Below are positions 61,446 to 64,000 of a stretch of 64,000 bases of DNA, piece by piece. Position 1 is the first letter of the stretch, and every line of letters begins with the position of its first letter. A model generated the notes under the pieces. That model made no database searches. It was not told the DNA's origin and saw only the letters and a program-made list of their open reading frames with translations. This DNA comes from Neoechinorhynchus agilis (lineage: Eukaryota > Animalia > Acanthocephala): NCBI GenBank assembly GCA_051530055.1, contig CM121342.1:12353480-12417479 (forward strand), read 5' to 3'. The translations under genes were made by a program, and so were the position numbers.

Positions 61446-64000
<2,555 letters not shown>

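Overview
AT-rich eukaryotic (animal-like; taxon not identifiable from sequence alone) nuclear DNA. Compact host genes with mostly short GT-AG introns are interspersed with many retroelement relics. Host genes: an inverted pair of Tudor-domain genes, an ABCC/MRP transporter, a PCGF/BMI1-like RING-RAWUL gene, TFIIH p62 (GTF2H1), a LicD/fukutin-family transferase, dCMP deaminase, gamma-tubulin, NAXD, PPCDC, CHMP3/VPS24, a single-exon forkhead factor and several hypothetical genes. Mobile DNA: three APE-RT LINEs, CRE-like RLE LINE fragments, several Penelope-like (PLE) fragments, and tiny foldback insertions carrying minimal hammerhead-ribozyme motifs with 11-16 bp target-site duplications. Main discovery: five otherwise intact, otherwise intronless conserved genes (LicD, TUBG1, NAXD, PPCDC, CHMP3) are each interrupted once by a 45-520 nt segment. 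Each segment has base-paired (inverted-repeat) ends and short flanking direct repeats. Precise removal restores the conserved protein motif, but those precise boundaries are not GT-AG. This points to a class of non-canonical, structure-defined introns, or IES-like eliminated DNA, coexisting with ordinary spliceosomal introns. All alignments were done by eye; no database searches or folding programs were run.
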